12,050 nucleotides of DNA from Candidatus Thorarchaeota archaeon. Its GTDB lineage: Archaea > Asgardarchaeota > Thorarchaeia > Thorarchaeales > Thorarchaeaceae. The position numbers and the translations under genes are program-made. Position 1 is the stretch's first letter, and each line of letters opens with the position of its first letter. Of this stretch, positions 7,600-12,050 are shown in pieces. The notes below the pieces were generated by a model. The model was given only the letters and a program-made list of their open reading frames with translations. It ran no database searches and was not told the DNA's origin. The stretch spans positions 1-12,050 of the forward strand of contig JBHLRS010000066.1 of assembly GCA_048882325.1 (NCBI GenBank), given 5' to 3'.

Positions 7600-9807
7600 C
7601 TATGCTTGATCTTGAGTGTCTGAACCAAAGATCTCAGCAAACCAGTCAACTGGATTCTCTTCAGGTATGCTTTCTTTCGTTAGACGCCACTTCTTGTAGT
7701 CCCGCCTGGAAACACAAGCCACCCAGAGGAATACCTGAATTGATACAACAGAAATCGCGATTGCAACTGCTCGCATAGGGGACACTGGTTGTCCTGGAAG
7801 AGGACCTAGGTCAGATAGTACATGAACCTGAACAGAACTTGACTCAGAGTATCCTCCGTCATATTCAACATCCAACGTAAACACATAGTTACCCACATCG
7901 AGACCGTCGATAGGACACACAAGAGGTCCTCCCTCCCACCTTCCAATCGCCACTACGTCAGAATTCCTGTACAAAGTGTATGATGCATTCTGGTTCAGGA
8001 TTGTACTCCACTCAATGGTGTTTCCTTCCGAACCAACGAAGTACGTAATTTCCTCCAGCGATCTGATGAAGGTTTCTGAGTAGTGAGGGTTGTAGTAATA
8101 TCTCGGGTTTTGGGTCAACTCATAGAAAGGCAAGTCTATGTATCGGAAAGTTTTGTATCCCTGTCCAGCACTGGTGAGTATAAACGGTCCACTTGTCACA
8201 AGGAGATCGGATGGATTGCGCACTGGATTCCATATGTCCCAGTTTGCATACCCAATACCATCCTGATCGTTGAAAATGTGCTTGGGGATTATCTTGACAA
8301 ATGCAAAACTGTTGAAGTGCCAGTAAAACTCGGAATTGAACTCCAACCTCACAGTGTATGGTCCCAAGGCGATGGCTGATTGTAGGTCTTCTAGTTGACT
8401 AGACATGGGATTTCCATATGTGCCACTTTCCAGAATGTAGGTGAAGGTAAAAGCCACGTCTTCTGCTGTCAGAGGTGTTCCATCACTCCAGGTTGCATTA
8501 TGGATGATGTTGATAGTGAATCGAGTGTGACCCTCAGGAACATCTGAATTGTCGCTATGTGTTTCTGTGGTTAAGGTAGTGGCCAGATCACCAATTGGAT
8601 GCTGACTGGGGTCCCTCACATATAATGATGAATAAAGGTTGTCGAGAATAAAATAGGTGTGTGCATCTGCATCTTCGAGAAAGATGTTGAAGGTGTCTGT
8701 ATATTCAGGCAATGCGATTGTTGGAATCCTGTTCCGAGGTTCTATTTCATGTATGTTCCTCATTGTCCAAGGACCAGCGATGTATCTAGCTAGGTCTGGG
8801 ACATGACCTGTGAATATGTCGTTTCTATACATCTGCATGTTCGTGTTTTCGTATGCCACTAACCATGGAACATTGTAGTGTATAATCTTTTGAATCTCAG
8901 AAACTGCATCGTGAACCTGTTGAGCGTCTGTACTATGGAGAAATTGATCCCTATACAGGTCGAGTGTCTGATTTACAAATTGTGCAATGTTATGATAGGG
9001 TAAGTCTGCATTTGGAGACCAAAACTCATCTATCAGCCACAAAGGCTCTGTATCATAGAAATCAATCTCTTGAAATAGAATATCAAATTCATGATATCCA
9101 TCACATCTGACAATGTATTCATTGAACTCTACGCCCCTTATCGCTGCATCAACAGAAAGTGCGTGCAATGCATCAATCCCGATTTGGCAGGTTGTTTCTG
9201 CAATTATTGAATGAATAGGGTACTCGATAACAATGCTAAATGGCGAACCATCAGGAGCCTCCCTCCATCCTGTTGTTCCGTTGATCGCAAAACCTGCTGC
9301 ATTGAGAATCTCGTTACCAACTTCTGGTTGGGCAGTGTAGTAGTGGAAATCGAGCTCATCCTCTATGCACCAATCGCTGATATAGGGTATGATTGAATCG
9401 TGTTCCTGGGAGAAACCATCCATAGCATAAGCAGTGACTGCGGTCTTGTCGAAGGCATAGGCAAACGCTCTTCGTAAAGCACTGATATTGAGTGGGTATT
9501 GTGAACAGTTTATTGTGAAGTAGCCATACCCGTTTCTGAGCGCGCTAAATATGTCGATATCTAAATCATCTAATGTAGGTAAATGGGCCGGGTCAACGAA
9601 CCCTGTTTGCATCTCGAACTCACCTGCTTGGAGGCCAAGGATAGTCAAATCTTTGTTCTCCTGTTCAAAGAAGACAAGTCTATCAACGTATGGTCCAATC
9701 TGAAGATCTTCTGGTACGATAACTGCGTCTATTGCAGAAACCTGAGATGAAACAAGTATTCCCAAAAGTAGCAGTATTCCCACTACTCTGAAGACTCTCC
9801 AGTCCAC
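7600..9807 (-). CDS. ABC-type substrate-binding protein, family 5, circularly permuted, with Ig-like domain and C-terminal TM anchor; tandem paralog of 5568-7517
   Basis: Motifs LRRAFAYAFDK, ATWSDGTPLTAEDV and VTSGPF...LTQNPRY. It has an extra beta-rich domain (GNTIEW...YTLYRN...GRW...DGLDVGNYVFTLDV) before the TM helix, and the same MDWR start and GAGGAG RBS as the paralog. Confidence 0.92.
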   Translation of the reverse strand: MDWRVFRVVGILLLLGILVSSQVSAIDAVIVPEDLQIGPYVDRLVFFEQENKDLTILGLQAGEFEMQTGFVDPAHLPTLDDLDIDIFSALRNGYGYFTINCSQYPLNISALRRAFAYAFDKTAVTAYAMDGFSQEHDSIIPYISDWCIEDELDFHYYTAQPEVGNEILNAAGFAINGTTGWREAPDGSPFSIVIEYPIHSIIAETTCQIGIDALHALSVDAAIRGVEFNEYIVRCDGYHEFDILFQEIDFYDTEPLWLIDEFWSPNADLPYHNIAQFVNQTLDLYRDQFLHSTDAQQVHDAVSEIQKIIHYNVPWLVAYENTNMQMYRNDIFTGHVPDLARYIAGPWTMRNIHEIEPRNRIPTIALPEYTDTFNIFLEDADAHTYFILDNLYSSLYVRDPSQHPIGDLATTLTTETHSDNSDVPEGHTRFTINIIHNATWSDGTPLTAEDVAFTFTYILESGTYGNPMSSQLEDLQSAIALGPYTVRLEFNSEFYWHFNSFAFVKIIPKHIFNDQDGIGYANWDIWNPVRNPSDLLVTSGPFILTSAGQGYKTFRYIDLPFYELTQNPRYYYNPHYSETFIRSLEEITYFVGSEGNTIEWSTILNQNASYTLYRNSDVVAIGRWEGGPLVCPIDGLDVGNYVFTLDVEYDGGYSESSSVQVHVLSDLGPLPGQPVSPMRAVAIAISVVSIQVFLWVACVSRRDYKKWRLTKESIPEENPVDWFAEIFGSDTQDQA

Positions 9808-9877
9808 AACTATCTCCTCAAGATAATATCCGGAGGATGGTAAAGTATCTTTGTTCCTGTGTAACCACTAACACATT
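9807..9877 (-). promoter_or_regulatory. Upstream region of SBP paralog 2: RBS, conserved AACAAAGATACTT core and TGTGT-N8-ACACA palindrome (9858-9875)
   Basis: AAGTATCTTTGTT at 9843-9855 is identical to 7554-7566. TCTCCTCAAG and the palindrome arms are identical in both copies. Confidence 0.65.
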
Positions 9878-9886
9878 CCAAAGGCA

Positions 9887-10762
9887 TTATCCGCTATAAT
9901 CTACAATATTGGGCTCATCCTCTATGAACTCAGCAGATAGGCCTAATCTATCAAAGAATTTCAGCACTGCAATGCATGCAAACTTCTCAGTAGAATAGTG
10001 AGTAGCGGAAATCACATTGATCTTGTGCTCCTCGCATAGCTCATGGAACCTCAATGAAGGTTCATAATTTGCAACCTTCATTGTGACCCCAGTGATGAAA
10101 TTCCTAACATCCGTACCAGAAATCTCCTCCGCAATCTCTGGATAGTTGCCACCACCCGCTACTAGGGCAACTCTCTGGTTTGAAATCTCAGGTGAGCCAT
10201 ATGCCCATGTTCTCACAGGGTGACCTACCGAATCTTCGAATTGCGCGACTAGATTGGAGACAGTTTTGCATTCAGTCTTTCCAATGATGCCTGCCTTCAC
10301 GCCAAAATAATCAAAGAATTCATCCTCGATGTCTATCTCGATAGCTTTTGCAAGTGATACAGTTGTACTGTAGGGTCCATTCCTGTCCAGTGGTACATGG
10401 ATTGAGTAATATGAGATTGCTCGCTTCTTGAGTTGGTCCAAATATCGGTGCGGGATGTTCCTGAAAGGGTGTTCTCCAGGACGTGGATCCCATATCATCG
10501 GATGGTGGGTGAAGAGAAGGACATTCCGCTCATCTGACGATATTATTCTATCAAGCACACGTTCACTTGGAAACACTGCAGTGTAGACATTGTGAATCTC
10601 GTCTGTGTTATCTAATGCAAGCCCCATCCTTGTAGTCTTGAAATTCTCTGTGATATTATCTCCCAGATCTAAGTTACCCCACTCATCATCAGTGAGTTTA
10701 TCCAGTTCAAACTCCTCATCCAAACTCGCAAATAGCTGCTCCGCTTTCATTTTCCTTACCAT
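9887..10762 (-). CDS. NIF3/YbgI-family dinuclear metal-centre protein
   Basis: Family metal-ligand motifs LFTHHP, YSIHVPLD and ATHYSTE, plus VALVAGGG; 291 aa. Confidence 0.9.
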   Translation of the reverse strand: MVRKMKAEQLFASLDEEFELDKLTDDEWGNLDLGDNITENFKTTRMGLALDNTDEIHNVYTAVFPSERVLDRIISSDERNVLLFTHHPMIWDPRPGEHPFRNIPHRYLDQLKKRAISYYSIHVPLDRNGPYSTTVSLAKAIEIDIEDEFFDYFGVKAGIIGKTECKTVSNLVAQFEDSVGHPVRTWAYGSPEISNQRVALVAGGGNYPEIAEEISGTDVRNFITGVTMKVANYEPSLRFHELCEEHKINVISATHYSTEKFACIAVLKFFDRLGLSAEFIEDEPNIVDYSG

Positions 10763-10819
10763 TTCTGGATACCCATAGTACAGGATCTGAAAGCATCATA
10801 TTAGTATTCAGCATTGAAA

Positions 10820-11128
10820 CTATTCACGAGCTTCCATCATTTCGGGATTTATAGACCAACAGCGTTTTTCCAAAAACTCTGATGAAACGATCAATCCTCT
10901 CTCTTCCATGTTCTCAAGATGTTCCCTGAACTCTTTACAGGTGAGGGCGACACCTTTCGTCAAAAGGAGGAACTTTTCATAAAGCGTCGCTTCGAACTCG
11001 ATTATTGCGTGACCGAAGGACAGTATGATTTTATCCTCAATAAGAGGAGGTACCGTGCTGAGTATAATCTTTTCACCGGTTGGGGTTTCTACAGTGTGCG
11101 CGTTCAATGGTAACACCTGAGAATACAT
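10820..11128 (-). CDS. Small hypothetical protein, probable winged-helix fold
   Basis: The C-terminal EFREHLENMEERGLIVSSEFLEKRCWSI fits a recognition helix, GLI and beta-wing pattern. The start may instead be TTG 11107, which has AGGTG 6 nt upstream. Confidence 0.6.
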   Translation of the reverse strand: MYSQVLPLNAHTVETPTGEKIILSTVPPLIEDKIILSFGHAIIEFEATLYEKFLLLTKGVALTCKEFREHLENMEERGLIVSSEFLEKRCWSINPEMMEARE

Positions 11129-11137
11129 GATACTAAT

Positions 11138-11151
11138 TCATTATATAATGA
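11138..11151. promoter_or_regulatory. Perfect 14-bp palindrome TCATTATATAATGA containing TTATATAA (TATA box and/or operator)
   Basis: Self-complementary sequence in the divergent intergenic region between the wHTH-like gene and the cysteine synthase. Confidence 0.5.
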
Positions 11152-11325
11152 CCATGAATCATGCTTGCATCAGAAGGGTGAAAGAAGCACTCATAAACCT
11201 CTAAATCAAAAATCACGCTTTATTAAAGTTCATAACAGTTCGATGAGCGGGATTTAGCTTGTAAATTGTCGGCAAAAATTGCAGAGAACCCTATTAATGT
11301 AGATTTCTTTAGAATATTGAAGAAA

Positions 11326-12050
11326 ATGAAATTCTACAATGATGTAAGCCAAATGATAGGTCGGACACCACTTGTCAGAATTACGCGTCACAATCCATAT
11401 CCAGAGGTCACGTTACTGGCAAAGATTGAAGGCAACAATCCAGGCGGCAGTGTGAAAGATAGAATTGTAAAGTATATGATTGATGATGCTATAGAAAGTG
11501 GTAACTTAACAAGAGACAAGACAGTGATTGAGGCAACAAGTGGAAACACTGGAATAGCTATCGCCATGCTTAGTGCAGTCAGAGGATATCGTTGTGAATT
11601 GGTGATGCCTGAGTCGATGTCTATTGAACGTAGAAAAATAATGGAAGCCTATGGGGCTACTGTCACTTTGATTCCAGCTGAACTCGGTATCGATGGGGCT
11701 CAGGACTACGTGAACAGCAAGATCGAAGAGTATCCAGACAGTTATCACCAACTCAACCAATATGACAATCCACTAAACTGGATTGCGCATTATGAAACCA
11801 CCGCTCAAGAAATCATTGAAGATACAGATGGGGAAGTGACTCACTTTGTTGCAGGTCTAGGAACATCAGGTACATTGATGGGTGTGGGTCGAGGTCTGAA
11901 AGAGAAGATTCCTGATGTAAAGATCATTTCAGTAGAGCCTGAGTCTGGTTCTTTGATTCAGGGTCTAAAGGACTTGAGAACTCAATATGTTCCAGGAATA
12001 TTCGACGAATCTATTCTTGACCAACGAGTCTTTGTTGATGATTGCTCAGC
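11326..12050 (+). CDS. cysM: PLP-dependent cysteine synthase (CysM/CysK family), truncated at window end
   Basis: Manual translation (absent from the ORF track): MKFYNDVSQMIGRTPLVRI...AKIEGNNPGGSVKDR (PLP lysine), IEATSGNTGIA, MPESMSIERR, NQYDNPLN..AHYETTAQEI and VAGLGTSGTLMG. The KxEGNNP motif is CysM-like. Confidence 0.92.
   Translation, partial: MKFYNDVSQMIGRTPLVRITRHNPYPEVTLLAKIEGNNPGGSVKDRIVKYMIDDAIESGNLTRDKTVIEATSGNTGIAIAMLSAVRGYRCELVMPESMSIERRKIMEAYGATVTLIPAELGIDGAQDYVNSKIEEYPDSYHQLNQYDNPLNWIAHYETTAQEIIEDTDGEVTHFVAGLGTSGTLMGVGRGLKEKIPDVKIISVEPESGSLIQGLKDLRTQYVPGIFDESILDQRVFVDDCS

Noticed and set aside
7132-9453. Exact direct repeats such as GTGACTGCGGTCTTGTCGAA (7132-7151 and 9434-9453) and AGAGGTGTTCCATCA (6166-6180 and 8471-8485)
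   Set aside because: Explained by conserved coding motifs of the two paralogs (FDKTAVT, DGTPL). Not CRISPR repeats, IS ends or a retroelement template/variable pair.
5224-11760. Nested or antisense ORFs 5224-5460, 6149-6379, 6524-6718, 6573-6806, 6668-6850, 8083-8379, 9211-9396, 10919-11113 and 11506-11760
   Set aside because: All lie within stronger genes (GTPase, SBPs, wHTH-like gene, cysteine synthase) and have no motif support.
804-12050. A sulfur-metabolism cluster made of the TusA-like gene, NIF3 and cysM
   Set aside because: The TusA-like gene is about 9-10 kb from the others in a separate transcription unit, its assignment is tentative, and NIF3 has no established sulfur role.

Overview
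Gene-dense archaeal window, most likely from an Asgard archaeon (Thorarchaeota-like; inferred from gene content and protein style, not from a marker gene). In order: the 3' end of a split methylmalonyl-CoA-mutase-family large subunit; a small Cys-motif protein, possibly TusA/SirA-like; a membrane-anchored NosD-type beta-helix surface protein; a three-gene + strand cluster (longin plus tandem winged-helix protein resembling the GATOR1 subunit NPRL2, a small helical protein, and a Rab-like small GTPase with atypical G3/G5 motifs); two tandem family-5 ABC substrate-binding paralogs; a NIF3 protein; a small probable winged-helix protein; and the 5' part of a CysM-type cysteine synthase. The two substrate-binding paralogs appear circularly permuted, are C-terminally anchored, have no neighbouring permease or ATPase, and share a cytoplasmic tail motif and an upstream TGTGT-N8-ACACA palindrome. 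The best candidates for novel biology are the NPRL2-like/GTPase module and these receptor-like binding proteins. No RNA genes, CRISPR arrays or mobile elements were recognised. All family assignments come from reading motifs by eye; no searches were run.
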